Notes under the pieces: generated by a model
The model's input: only the letters and a program-made list of their open reading frames with translations
Databases searched by the model: none
Told to the model about the DNA's origin: nothing
Part shown: positions 1-9,160 of the stretch, one piece after another
Numbering within the stretch: position 1 is the first letter of the stretch
Layout of the letters: each line of letters opens with the position of its first letter
Program-made: the position numbers and the translations under genes
Source of the DNA: Vulcanimicrobiota bacterium
GTDB taxonomy: Bacteria; Vulcanimicrobiota; Vulcanimicrobiia; Vulcanimicrobiales; Vulcanimicrobiaceae
NCBI GenBank assembly: GCA_963795855.1
Contig: CAWCIZ010000006.1
Coordinates: 90,877 to 154,876, forward strand
Direction of reading: 5' to 3'
DNA: 64,000 nucleotides

Positions 1-1
1 C

Positions 2-148
2 GGCATCGTGCGCTGGTCACGATTCGATCCGACGCTCGAGCGCTACAGAACCGGCGTCTCGTTCGTCGATCTGGATGAAAGCACCGAGCGCGACGTCACG
101 CGCTACATCGATACGCTGCGATTGCTCCGCGACATGGACGTAATTTAA
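2..148 (+). CDS. PilZ-domain-like protein, 3' partial
   Basis: Manual translation GIVRWSRFDPTLERYRTGVSFVDLDESTERDVTRYIDTLRLLRDMDVI*; G-x-V-R-W...Y-x-x-G-V-x-F pattern of a PilZ C-terminal half; truncated by the window edge. Confidence 0.6.
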   Translation, partial: GIVRWSRFDPTLERYRTGVSFVDLDESTERDVTRYIDTLRLLRDMDVI

Positions 149-187
149 GCCCTCCGCGCCCCCACGGACGGCGGACGAAGCAACCAG

Positions 188-838
188 TTAAAACGCGACG
201 AACTTCACCGAATACCGGTACGCCGCAACCACCGCCTTGCATTTCACGAGCGCGGGCGTGTACGTTGCGCCGCGCGCCATTTCCAGTGCGACGGCGTCGA
301 GCCCCGCGTTTCCCGACGACTGCGCGATCGTCGTACGGACAACGTGTCCGTCCGCGTCGATCTGTACGTCGATCTGCGCAGTACCGCTCGCTTTTGAGGC
401 GCGGACGTCCGGCGGAATGTCGACCGGAGCTGCGCTCTCCGAAACGGCGGGCGCGATATCGTGGTCGAGGCATGGCTGCGCTTGCGGCGCGGACGGCGGC
501 GCAGTCGGAACAGGCGTGGCGTGTGACGGCGCAGCCGTTCCGGAACCCGGCGACGGAACGCGCGCAAGGGAGGGACCCTTCACGGTGTGCGAACTCGTTT
601 TCGGCGGAGCGACCTTCACTTTCGGCGCCGCACTCGCGCGCGACGTAGGGGCCGGCGTGGGCGGCGGCGGCGTACGCGGGACGATGCGCGCGATCGTCAT
701 GCGCCGAACTTTCACCACCTCCGTTCGATCGGAAGGCGGCGCGAACGGCCAGCGCAGATAGCCGGCCAAGATCAGGTGGAGGATCAGCGAGATCGCGATT
801 GCCGCGATCATGATGTTCCGGGCGCGCGACGCGCTCAT
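188..838 (-). CDS. tonB: TonB family energy transducer
   Basis: N-terminal TM helix with SLILH motif, Pro-rich linker, TonB_C (GTAQIDVQIDADG...SSGNAGLDAVAL). Confidence 0.88.
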   Translation of the reverse strand: MSASRARNIMIAAIAISLILHLILAGYLRWPFAPPSDRTEVVKVRRMTIARIVPRTPPPPTPAPTSRASAAPKVKVAPPKTSSHTVKGPSLARVPSPGSGTAAPSHATPVPTAPPSAPQAQPCLDHDIAPAVSESAAPVDIPPDVRASKASGTAQIDVQIDADGHVVRTTIAQSSGNAGLDAVALEMARGATYTPALVKCKAVVAAYRYSVKFVAF

Positions 839-853
839 GTTTCAGCGCTTCCC

Positions 854-888
854 AAAAACGCAAGGCGCTCCCTTTCGAGAGCGCCTTG
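854..888 (-). terminator. Intrinsic terminator-like hairpin between the two tonB genes
   Basis: CAAGGCGCTC...GAGCGCCTTG inverted repeat followed by a T-run on the minus strand. Confidence 0.6.
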
Positions 889-915
889 TCTTCTTTATAA
901 AACGGACGATCCGCT

Positions 916-1647
916 TTAGCTGTTGGGGTCGAACGTTACCTTGAAGTAATACGAACCCACGATCGGCTGACAGTTCACGATCTTCGGCGCGTACGTCGAT
1001 TGACGCGCCGCGGCGAGTGCCGCCTGATCGAGCGCCATGTTTCCCGCGCTTTGCGAGATCGTCGCGCTCTGCAAACTGCCGTCCGGAGCGATCGTTACCG
1101 TCACCGCGACCTGCACTTCTCCCAAGCCCAAGTCACGCGCCGAGTCGGGATATTCCGGCTGCGCCTGATTGACGACGGTGGCGTCCTGATACGGCGTCTT
1201 GCAGGCGGGCTTCGGCGTTCCCGCCGGCGCGGTATTCACCGGGTTCGGCGGAGCGCTCGCGACCGTGCCCTGCGGGATGCCTTCTTCCGAACCTTTCGGC
1301 GGCGGCACGTACTTCGCTTCGTTGGAAGTCGTGCTGCTGTGGCTGGTCGTCTTCGGCACGTTGAGTTTGATCACGGTGTGCTGCTGCTGCTGCGGCTGCG
1401 GCTTGGGCGGCGGCGTTTGCTTCGGGGGCGGCGGCGTCGGAGTCGGCGGCGGCGGCGTCGGCGGTTTCACCGTGATTTTCTTGGTGACCGAAACCTTCTC
1501 GACCGTCTGCTCTTCCGTGTGCTGCTTCATGTTCGGCAAAATCGGCGCGAGAAAGAAATGCACGAGAATCGAGATGACGAACGCCCAACCCATGAAGTTG
1601 GCGACGCGTTCACCAGTAGTTATGTAGGGCGAGTTATTGTTCGGCAT
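916..1647 (-). CDS. tonB: TonB family energy transducer
   Basis: SILVH TM motif, Pro/Gln-rich linker, PEYPDSARDLGLGEVQVAVTVTIAPDG...LDQAALAAAR TonB_C. Confidence 0.92.
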   Translation of the reverse strand: MPNNNSPYITTGERVANFMGWAFVISILVHFFLAPILPNMKQHTEEQTVEKVSVTKKITVKPPTPPPPTPTPPPPKQTPPPKPQPQQQQHTVIKLNVPKTTSHSSTTSNEAKYVPPPKGSEEGIPQGTVASAPPNPVNTAPAGTPKPACKTPYQDATVVNQAQPEYPDSARDLGLGEVQVAVTVTIAPDGSLQSATISQSAGNMALDQAALAAARQSTYAPKIVNCQPIVGSYYFKVTFDPNS

Positions 1648-1649
1648 CT

Positions 1650-2063
1650 CTACGTTTTGCTTCCCGCGATCTTATTGGCCAAGCCGAACTCGGTGAGATC
1701 GACGGATTTCGCCGCGTCCATCACGAGCAAGATCGTGCCGTAATCGGCCTTCGGGCTCGCTTTGATGATGACGCTCTTGAACTTGTGATCGGTGTCGCTT
1801 TGCAGTTGTGCGAACGCCGCTTTGGCGTCCCTGATATTGATCTGATTCGAGCCGATCTGAATGTTGTTTTTGTCGTCGATGATGACGACGATCTGAGAAG
1901 GCACGACTTTGTCGCGGTTCTTCGCTAGCGGCAGAGCCGGCTCTTTGGTAACCGAGGCGAGGATGATGAAGATGATCAGAAGGACCAACAGCACGTCCGT
2001 GAAGGGCGTGATGTTGATGGTCGACATGACTTCTTCTTCGCCTTGACCTGTTGAAACGGCCAC
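1650..2063 (-). CDS. exbD: ExbD/TolR family protein
   Basis: INITPFTDVLLVLLIIF signature. Confidence 0.92.
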   Translation of the reverse strand: MAVSTGQGEEEVMSTINITPFTDVLLVLLIIFIILASVTKEPALPLAKNRDKVVPSQIVVIIDDKNNIQIGSNQINIRDAKAAFAQLQSDTDHKFKSVIIKASPKADYGTILLVMDAAKSVDLTEFGLANKIAGSKT

Positions 2064-2082
2064 GGATTACTTCAAACCTCCA

Positions 2083-2493
2083 CTATGAAGTGACGAACCC
2101 GACGTCTTCGAGCCCGGCTATTTTGGCTGCGTCGAGGATTGTGATGATGACGCCGTACGGCGCTTTGCCGTCGGCGGTTATCGACACGTGCTTGTTGCCG
2201 CGTTTCGCGCGTTCGGTAAGCATCACACCGTAGACGCCGTTTTCGTCGGTCTTCTGGCCGTCGACATAGATCACGCCTTTGTTGTTGACGAGAACTTCGA
2301 TGTCGTTATGCTGCTTGAGGTTGAGCGGTTGAGAGTTGTTGTTGTTGGGCAGCTCTTTCTCAAACCCGGGCGGCGTGACCAAAGCCGCCAAGATCATGAA
2401 GATGATGAGCAAAACAAGCAGCACGTCGGTGAACGGCGTGATGTTGATCTCGGCCATCACCTCTTCGTCTTGCTTTGCGGATAGCAGTCCCAC
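2083..2493 (-). CDS. exbD: ExbD/TolR family protein
   Basis: EINITPFTDVLLVLLIIFM signature; ADGKAPYGVII periplasmic motif. Confidence 0.93.
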   Translation of the reverse strand: MGLLSAKQDEEVMAEINITPFTDVLLVLLIIFMILAALVTPPGFEKELPNNNNSQPLNLKQHNDIEVLVNNKGVIYVDGQKTDENGVYGVMLTERAKRGNKHVSITADGKAPYGVIITILDAAKIAGLEDVGFVTS

Positions 2494-2505
2494 TCGGCAG
2501 TCCTA

Positions 2506-3165
2506 CTACTTCGACGGCTGGTACAGATCGGTGGGGATCGGCGCGCCGGTGTTGTGGAAGTGGAGCATCTCGGCCATCTGGTTGGCGGCGACGATCATCT
2601 CTTGATTGTACGACTTGATGCGGGTCTTGAAGTAGTTGAAGAACACGACCGCGATGACCGCGATGATGAGGCCGGTCGCCGTCGTCACGAGCGCTTCGGA
2701 CACGCCGGCGGCAACGACCGCGGGCGTCGAATTGCCTTTGAGTGCGATATCCTGGAACGCGCGGATGATGCCGAGCACGGTGCCGAACAGTCCGACGAAC
2801 GGGGCGATAACGGCGATGGTGCCGACGATGCCCAGGTTGCGCTCGAGCGAGTTCAGGTGCTCCATCAGCGCGATTGAGAGCGCGTCGGTGATATCGGCGC
2901 GGTTCTTTTCGCCGCGCTGCAGGCCGAACTCGAGAATGCGCGGCAGCATGCCGCGCTGGGAGCGGCAGACCTTGACGGCGCCGTCGATATCGTCGCCGGC
3001 GATCTTTGCGCCGATCGCCCGAAGAAGGCCCTTCGTGTCGCCGTGCTGCGTCGCGAAGAACACGAGCCGCTCGATGACAACCGCAAGACCGACGACCGAG
3101 ATCAACAGCAGCAGCCACATATCCCAGCCGCCCTGCTGCATTAGACTCATGAAACCGGAAAACAC
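2506..3165 (-). CDS. exbB: MotA/TolQ/ExbB proton channel
   Basis: APFVGLFGTVLGIIRAF and GVSEALVTTATGL signatures. Confidence 0.95.
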   Translation of the reverse strand: MFSGFMSLMQQGGWDMWLLLLISVVGLAVVIERLVFFATQHGDTKGLLRAIGAKIAGDDIDGAVKVCRSQRGMLPRILEFGLQRGEKNRADITDALSIALMEHLNSLERNLGIVGTIAVIAPFVGLFGTVLGIIRAFQDIALKGNSTPAVVAAGVSEALVTTATGLIIAVIAVVFFNYFKTRIKSYNQEMIVAANQMAEMLHFHNTGAPIPTDLYQPSK

Positions 3166-3310
3166 TATTTTTTCGACCCCTCCCGTTTTGCGGGAACGTA
3201 GTGTGCGCTAGACAGTAGAAAAGAACCGGGGGCCACCCCCCGTTTCCGTGAAGGCGGCCATTGGCCCACCTCCGCGAAAAGTCCTCGTTAAGTTCTCGGC
3301 GTCCGCCGCA

Positions 3311-4669
3311 CTACTGCAGAGTGTTTTTGATGAAGTTGTCTATGCTCTGTGATAGCGTGGTGTTGCCGGACGACTGTGCAGACGACTTGGCCTTATTAAG
3401 AGCAAGGAGCGCCTGCGATTTCAGACTAGAGTCCTGCTTGCTGCCGACCACCCACTCGCCTGCTAAGGCTACGCCCTCCGCGTAATTCGCAAGCGCGTCG
3501 TTCGCATTGATTGCCAAAGCCTTGTCCGCATAAGACTTGACCTTTGCATAGTCGTCCTTGGTGGGTGTCGTTTTTTGCGACTGCAGCACTGCGTTCTGTT
3601 CCAACGCCGCCGCTGCATACGCTGTGACTTGCACCGCAGGCGACCCGGATGCTGCGGCTTGTTCGAAGTCTTTGAGCGCTTCCGCGTGATTGCCGGCCTT
3701 CGACGCTTCGTTCGCGGCTTGAATGTAGTGGTTGCCTTCGAGCGTGGCGACCGATGTGTTCGTGGGATCGATTTGCTTTATCGTCGCCAATGTCGCTTGC
3801 GCGTCGGCGGTGTCGCCGGCCTTGGTATAGGCGGAGTAGAGCTGCGATGCAATCGCGACCTTCGTTTTTTTATCGGTCTTCTGATCGGCCTGCACGAGCT
3901 GCATCGCCTTCTTCAGATCGGTCACCGCGCTCGCGCTGTCTCCGGCTTGGAGTTCCGCAGTTCCCAGCGCGTAATAGGAGTTCGCGCCGGGTGCGAGCGC
4001 TGCCGCCTTTTTGCCGTACGCGACCGCCTGCTGCGGCGCGGTGGCGGCCGTCTTCACGGCAGCGAGCGCGTACGATTGCGCCGCCACTTGCGCGAACGTC
4101 TTCGTAATCGTTGAAACCTTATCGAACGCAGCGGCGGCCGCCGGATAATCGGCGAGGAAGTAGTTCGCGGTCCCGAGTTCTTGGTTGAGCAGCGGATCGT
4201 TCGGATTTTGCGCGAGCGCTCCGCTTAGTTGCGCTTTCGCCTGTTCGTATTTGCCTTGATGGATGAGCGCGTCGATCTTCGCACCAGTGCTGCCGCGCAC
4301 AACGGAGTCTCCGGAAGCCGCGACGGAACGGCCCTTGAATTTCAGCGTGAAATCGTAATACGCCGTGACGGCCGTCGAGCCGCGATGCGCGGGACGGTAG
4401 GTCGAATTGTTGGCGATGTCCCTCGCCGCGCCGTTATCAGCCGAATTCGTCGAACGGATGATCTTGACGACGCGATGGGAGCCGTTGGCGTTCACTTGGA
4501 CTTGAACGACCACAATACCCGAACCGGCGATGCCCTTAGAGGTCGAACCCTGATGGATCAACTTCGCGGGCATGAATTCATTTGCGTATTGCGCGCTAGC
4601 CGGAAGCGCGAATGCGGCCCCCGCTGCAACGGCGGTCGCCCCCGCCAAGATGCGAATGGAACGAATCAT
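3311..4669 (-). CDS. Exported protein with N-terminal TonB_C-like domain and TPR repeats
   Basis: Signal peptide (ASA-Q), GIVVVQVQVNANG...TYRPA...YYDFTLKF TonB_C-like segment, then Ala-rich TPR helices. Confidence 0.75.
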   Translation of the reverse strand: MIRSIRILAGATAVAAGAAFALPASAQYANEFMPAKLIHQGSTSKGIAGSGIVVVQVQVNANGSHRVVKIIRSTNSADNGAARDIANNSTYRPAHRGSTAVTAYYDFTLKFKGRSVAASGDSVVRGSTGAKIDALIHQGKYEQAKAQLSGALAQNPNDPLLNQELGTANYFLADYPAAAAAFDKVSTITKTFAQVAAQSYALAAVKTAATAPQQAVAYGKKAAALAPGANSYYALGTAELQAGDSASAVTDLKKAMQLVQADQKTDKKTKVAIASQLYSAYTKAGDTADAQATLATIKQIDPTNTSVATLEGNHYIQAANEASKAGNHAEALKDFEQAAASGSPAVQVTAYAAAALEQNAVLQSQKTTPTKDDYAKVKSYADKALAINANDALANYAEGVALAGEWVVGSKQDSSLKSQALLALNKAKSSAQSSGNTTLSQSIDNFIKNTLQ

Positions 4670-4848
4670 GCGTTGTCTTTTTCCTAATCTCGTGTGTAAC
4701 TGAAGATGAAGGCGGAAGCAAGGTGCGTAAGCCTTGATACCGCTGATAAACGCAACTCAAACGGCTTTCGTAGGCCGCATTCCCCAGCAAGCAACCTTGC
4801 CGCGGCAGGCCGTACGGCGCGTCTTTGTCGAGGGAAGTCGGTCCCCTG

Positions 4849-5712
4849 CTAGGCCGTCAGGCTGGCAGCGGGGATGCGGCGGGACACGGCTCGGGCGACG
4901 ATGTCGAGCTGCGCCATCAATGCGTCGAACTGCTCGAACGTCAAGGACTGCTGCCCGTCCGAAATCGCCGAACCCGGCTGCGGGTGCACCTCGATGAGCA
5001 GGCCGTCCGCGCCGGCAGCCATGGCGGCCAGCGCCATCGGTGCGACCAGCTTGGCAACGCCCGTGCCATGCGACGGATCGACGATGACGGGCAAGTGCGT
5101 GAGTGAGTGCAGCAGCGGTACGGCGGTGAGGTCGAGCAGATTACGCGTTGCATTGTCGAACGAGCGGATGCCTCGTTCGCATAAGACGACGTTCGGATTG
5201 CCGGCAACGAGCAAGTATTCGGCCGCCATGAGCCATTCGTCGATGGTGGCGGAGAGGCCGCGTTTGAGCAACACCGGTTTCGAGCTCTCGCCGGCTTCGC
5301 GAAGCAGGCTGAAATTCTGCATGTTGCGCGCGCCGATCTGCAGCATGTCGGCGTGCTCGCCGACGAGCGCGACGTCGCGCGGATCGAGCACTTCCGTTAC
5401 GACTGCCATGCCGTGAGCGTCCGCTGCATCGCGGAGCATCTTGAGCGCATCGGCGCCCAGACCCTGAAACGAATAGGGAGAGGTCCGCGGTTTGAACGCA
5501 CCCCCGCGCAGTACGTTTGCACCGCGCGCCGCTACGGCGCGCGCAGTCGCGCCGATCTGCTCCTGCGATTCGACGCTGCACGGACCGGCACACACCGCAA
5601 CGACGTCGCCGCCGAAACTTGCGCCGTTCGGGAGATCGACGACGGTTCGGGATGCACGCGCATCGCGCCGGGCCAACTTATACGCGTGGGGAAGTGATGT
5701 GAGGCGATCCAT
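4849..5712 (-). CDS. aroF: DAHP synthase, type I-beta
   Basis: [45 protein letters not shown]; own ATG at 5712; in frame with upstream rluB in this sequence. Confidence 0.92.
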   Translation of the reverse strand: MDRLTSLPHAYKLARRDARASRTVVDLPNGASFGGDVVAVCAGPCSVESQEQIGATARAVAARGANVLRGGAFKPRTSPYSFQGLGADALKMLRDAADAHGMAVVTEVLDPRDVALVGEHADMLQIGARNMQNFSLLREAGESSKPVLLKRGLSATIDEWLMAAEYLLVAGNPNVVLCERGIRSFDNATRNLLDLTAVPLLHSLTHLPVIVDPSHGTGVAKLVAPMALAAMAAGADGLLIEVHPQPGSAISDGQQSLTFEQFDALMAQLDIVARAVSRRIPAASLTA

Positions 5713-6435
5713 GTTCGAAAGCGCCCTTGTTGTACCGGCGCAGGCTTCCGTCAACTCCTTTTCGGTCAGGTCGCGCGTGCGGCCGGGCGGCAAGTCGCCG
5801 AGGCGCAGCGGACCGAAACGCAAGCGCGCGAGCGCTAAGACAGGGTGGCCGACCGCATCGAACATTCGGCGCACTTGACGATTCTTGCCTTCGTGAACCG
5901 TGATGTCGAGCACCGAGGTTTCGCGGCGCGTCGCTACGACTTTGAGGCGCGCACCCGACGCTCGAAACTCCGCAAGCAGAACCCCGCTTTGCAGTCGCCG
6001 TATTTCATCCGGAATGAGCCGCCCTTTCACCACCGCGCGATACGTCTTCTCGACGCCGAAGCGCGGATGCGACAACACGTTTGCAAGTTCCCCGTCGTTG
6101 GTGAACAGCAGTACGCCGGAAGTGTCGTAGTCCAGACGTCCGACCGGTACGACGCGAGGCACGCCTTTCGGAAGCAGATCCGCGACGGTTCGGCGTCCTT
6201 CCGGATCGCGCATCGTCGTCATCACGTTCACCGGTTTGTGCATGACGAGATAGGTCGTTTCCGCATGCAGAGTTACCGGCGTTCCGCTCACGTCGACGCG
6301 ATCGTCCGGATTCACGCTCGTGCCGAGTTCGCGCACGACCTTGCCGTTCACGCGCACTTTGCCGCGAACGATCAAGTCTTCAGCGGCGCGGCGCGAAGCG
6401 ACGCCCGCATGCGCCAGAAATTTTTGCAGCCGCAT
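5713..6435 (-). CDS. rluB: rRNA pseudouridine synthase (RluB/RsuA family) with S4 domain
   Basis: [38 protein letters not shown]; 3' end probably affected by an indel near 5745. Confidence 0.9.
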
Positions 6436-6460
6436 GGATACGATTGGTTCGCGTCATGCA

Positions 6461-6494
6461 AAGAAAAAGCCCGCACTATTCGCGCGGGCTTCTT
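6461..6494 (-). terminator. Intrinsic terminator downstream of rho
   Basis: Minus strand AAGCCCGCGC-loop-GTGCGGGCTTTTTCTTT. Confidence 0.7.
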
Positions 6495-6520
6495 CGTCGG
6501 GTCACGCCTGCAACGGCGCG

Positions 6521-7984
6521 TTAGTACTTGCCGTTGCCTTCGTCGTAGCCGCGCGAAAGCGACAGCGCTTCCTTCGTGACGCTCTGCAAGAACTCGTCGT
6601 TCGTACGCGTTTGCGCCATTTTGTCGAGGATGAGCTCGGTGATGTCGCCGCTGTTCAGCACGCTCGTCGCGCGGCGCAGCATCCAGATCTTGCGCATCTC
6701 GATTTCGCTGAGCAGCAACTCCTCGTGCCGCGTGCCGGAGCGCTTGATGTCGACGGCCGGGAACACGCGCGACTCCGCGAGTTTACGCGTGAGGTTGAGT
6801 TCCATGTTGCCGGTGCCTTTGAACTCTTCGAAGATGACGTCGTCCATCTTGGATCCCGTCTCGACCAGCGCGGTAGCGATGATCGTGAGCGAACCGCCCT
6901 CCTCGATTTTGCGGGCTGCGCCGAAGAACCGTTTTGGTTTGTGCAGCGAGGCCGTGTCCAAGCCGCCGGACAGCGTGCGGCCGGACGTCGGAATCACCTG
7001 GTTGTAGGCACGCGCGAGACGCGTGATCGAGTCCAACAGGATGACGACGTCCTTGCCGAGTTCCACGAGGCGTTTCGCGCGCTCCATCGCGAGTTCCGCG
7101 ACAGCCGTGTGATTCTCGGGGTGCTCGTCGAACGTCGAGGCGATCACCTCGCCGTCGACCGTGCGCTGCATATCCGTCACTTCTTCGGGACGCTCGTCCA
7201 CGAGCAGGGCCATGATGTGCGCGTCAGGGTGGTTGATCGAAATCGCGTTGGCGATGTTCTTGAGCAGGGTCGTCTTACCGGCTTTCGGCGGCGAGACGAT
7301 CAGCGCGCGCTGGCCTTTGCCGATCGGGCAAAACAGATCGATGACGCGCGTGGACAGTTGCGTCGCGCGCACTTCGAGCCTGTAGCGCTCTTGCGGATAG
7401 ATCGGCGTCCCTTTTTCGAAGACGCGGCGGCCGCGGATTTGTTCCGGCGATAAGCCGTTGATGCGATCGACCCGAATTAGGCCGTAATACTTTTCGCTCT
7501 CTTTGGGGCGGCGGACTTGGCCTTCGAGCAAATCGCCGCGGCGAAGTTCGAACCGGCGAATTTGCGACTGGCTTACGTAGATGTCTTCCGGCCCGATGAC
7601 GTACCCGTCGCGCCGCAAGAAGCCGTAGCCTTCGGGCAGGATGTCGAGCACGCCGTTCGCGATCTCGACTCCCGATCGCTGCGCCTGCACCTCTAGGATG
7701 CGCGGAATCAGATCGTCTTTCTTCAGTTTGAGCGGAGATTCTATTTCGAACTCTTTGGCAATCGCGTTGAGTTCGGCTTTCGTTTTCTCGCCGAGTTGCT
7801 CGGCGGTAAGCATCGGCGGTCCGGATTGTTCGACTTGCGGGAACTGCTCGGCGTGATGCGGTTGATTGAATTGACGGTGACGCCTTGAGCGGCGCCGGCG
7901 GTTTCCGCCTTGGGGCCGGCCGCCATCGTTGCGGTTATCGAATTGCAGTGGACTATCTCTCTCGTAGAGTCGCGCACGTCGCAT
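6521..7984 (-). CDS. rho: Transcription termination factor Rho (true start uncertain, possibly CTG at 7948)
   Basis: GYGFLR, DIYVSQSQIRRF, PPKAGKT, LLVDERPEEVTD, EEFKGTGNMEL. Confidence 0.98.
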   Translation of the reverse strand: MRRARLYERDSPLQFDNRNDGGRPQGGNRRRRSRRHRQFNQPHHAEQFPQVEQSGPPMLTAEQLGEKTKAELNAIAKEFEIESPLKLKKDDLIPRILEVQAQRSGVEIANGVLDILPEGYGFLRRDGYVIGPEDIYVSQSQIRRFELRRGDLLEGQVRRPKESEKYYGLIRVDRINGLSPEQIRGRRVFEKGTPIYPQERYRLEVRATQLSTRVIDLFCPIGKGQRALIVSPPKAGKTTLLKNIANAISINHPDAHIMALLVDERPEEVTDMQRTVDGEVIASTFDEHPENHTAVAELAMERAKRLVELGKDVVILLDSITRLARAYNQVIPTSGRTLSGGLDTASLHKPKRFFGAARKIEEGGSLTIIATALVETGSKMDDVIFEEFKGTGNMELNLTRKLAESRVFPAVDIKRSGTRHEELLLSEIEMRKIWMLRRATSVLNSGDITELILDKMAQTRTNDEFLQSVTKEALSLSRGYDEGNGKY

Positions 7985-8126
7985 ACACCAAAACGTCGGG
8001 CGAGGCTGCCGCGATATTCCATGACGACGTGAACGGGGGGGAATTACTGCGTCGCGAAGTTCTTAACGACCCTTCGACTTGACTCGGGTGACGTGTTCGC
8101 GACGAGGAAACTATAGCACAACGCTT

Positions 8127-8744
8127 TCACGGTGACAACGCTTTAGGGCCGCTCACGAACGGGTTGCCGCGCTCGTAGAACCGCAAAAGGCGCTCGGCGG
8201 CCTTCGTGATGCCGATGCGCCGGCTCGTTCCGACAGGTTGGCCGCCGTCCTTGCCGCCGCCGCCGGCAACGAGCGCAGCCAGCCAGAGCCGCTTGTCGCT
8301 TAGCAAGTCGACGCCGTCGAGTTCCCGTTCGACGCTAAGCGCCCGGCACAACCGCCCGGGGCCGCGCGCCAAGTCGCGAACGCGCGTGGTAGTTCGGCGC
8401 TGCTCCATCAAACGTAGACCTTCGAGCGGCTCGAGCGCGCGCACGAGCACCGCCGCGCCTTCGCCGGCGGTTTCGCTGGTGACGTTTACGCAAAACGACG
8501 TTCCGTAAATTTTGTAAACGTAGGCGTGAAAGGGACCGAGGAACATGGATGCGTTCCGCGCGTTCGGCCCTCGATATGCGTGTGAGGCCGGATCGTCACG
8601 GACGTACGCCTCCGTTTCGACGATCCGGCCGGCGGTTCGGCCGTCCGGGCAGTCTCGGACCAACACGCATCCGATCAGCGCTTGCGCGAGATCGATCGTC
8701 GACGCCGGCAACTCGCCGGCGCGAAGCCGGCGATAGCGCGGCAC
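8127..8744 (-). CDS. mpg: 3-methyladenine DNA glycosylase (AAG/MPG family)
   Basis: GRIVETEAY, DPASHAYRG, AVLVRALEP, GPGRLC, RIGIT. Confidence 0.93.
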   Translation of the reverse strand: MPRYRRLRAGELPASTIDLAQALIGCVLVRDCPDGRTAGRIVETEAYVRDDPASHAYRGPNARNASMFLGPFHAYVYKIYGTSFCVNVTSETAGEGAAVLVRALEPLEGLRLMEQRRTTTRVRDLARGPGRLCRALSVERELDGVDLLSDKRLWLAALVAGGGGKDGGQPVGTSRRIGITKAAERLLRFYERGNPFVSGPKALSP

Positions 8745-8746
8745 GC

Positions 8747-9160
8747 CTACGCCGCGACGTGCATCGCCGCTTCGCTGCGGGCTCGCGCCGTCAGGTCGCT
8801 CTCGCCCGCCGCAGACGCGACGACGTCATACTCCTTGAACTGGTTGAGCGCGCATCGCAGCCGCACGTACGCCATGGTAAGCGGGGTGGGAACGTCCCGG
8901 TGTTCGACCAGATCCCCAGCGAGGTGTGCGTCATCGACCGTAAAGCGCACGCGCTCGATACCGTGGCGCTGAAGCACCGCGCCCACAGCCATGAGGGCAG
9001 CGTAGCCGACTTCGCGATCGTAGAGCGCGGGGTAACGCTTCACGCGGAACGGCACGCGCAGAATCCGCGGCGTCCCAGCAAGCATCAGTCGCACGTAGGC
9101 GACTCCGTTGCCGTTCGCATCGGCCGCGAATCCGGTTGCAGCATCGACGAAGCCTTTCAT
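8747..9160 (-). CDS. Hypothetical protein, RNase H-like fold with degenerate active site
   Basis: EVGYAALMAV...GIERVRFTVDD resembles RNase HI AEYxAL...G...VxVxxDS; ATGA overlap with the upstream gene, 2 nt gap to mpg. Confidence 0.6.
   Translation of the reverse strand: MKGFVDAATGFAADANGNGVAYVRLMLAGTPRILRVPFRVKRYPALYDREVGYAALMAVGAVLQRHGIERVRFTVDDAHLAGDLVEHRDVPTPLTMAYVRLRCALNQFKEYDVVASAAGESDLTARARSEAAMHVAA

Noticed and set aside
1378..1465. GGC/CTG triplet repeats
   Set aside because: They encode the Pro/Gln-rich TonB linker; not a CRISPR array or satellite
4849..6435. Apparent RluB-DAHP synthase fusion (528 aa)
   Set aside because: A shifted frame near 5745 gives a natural RluB ending ([22 protein letters not shown]) overlapping aroF's own ATG; with many other indels present, an artefact is more likely
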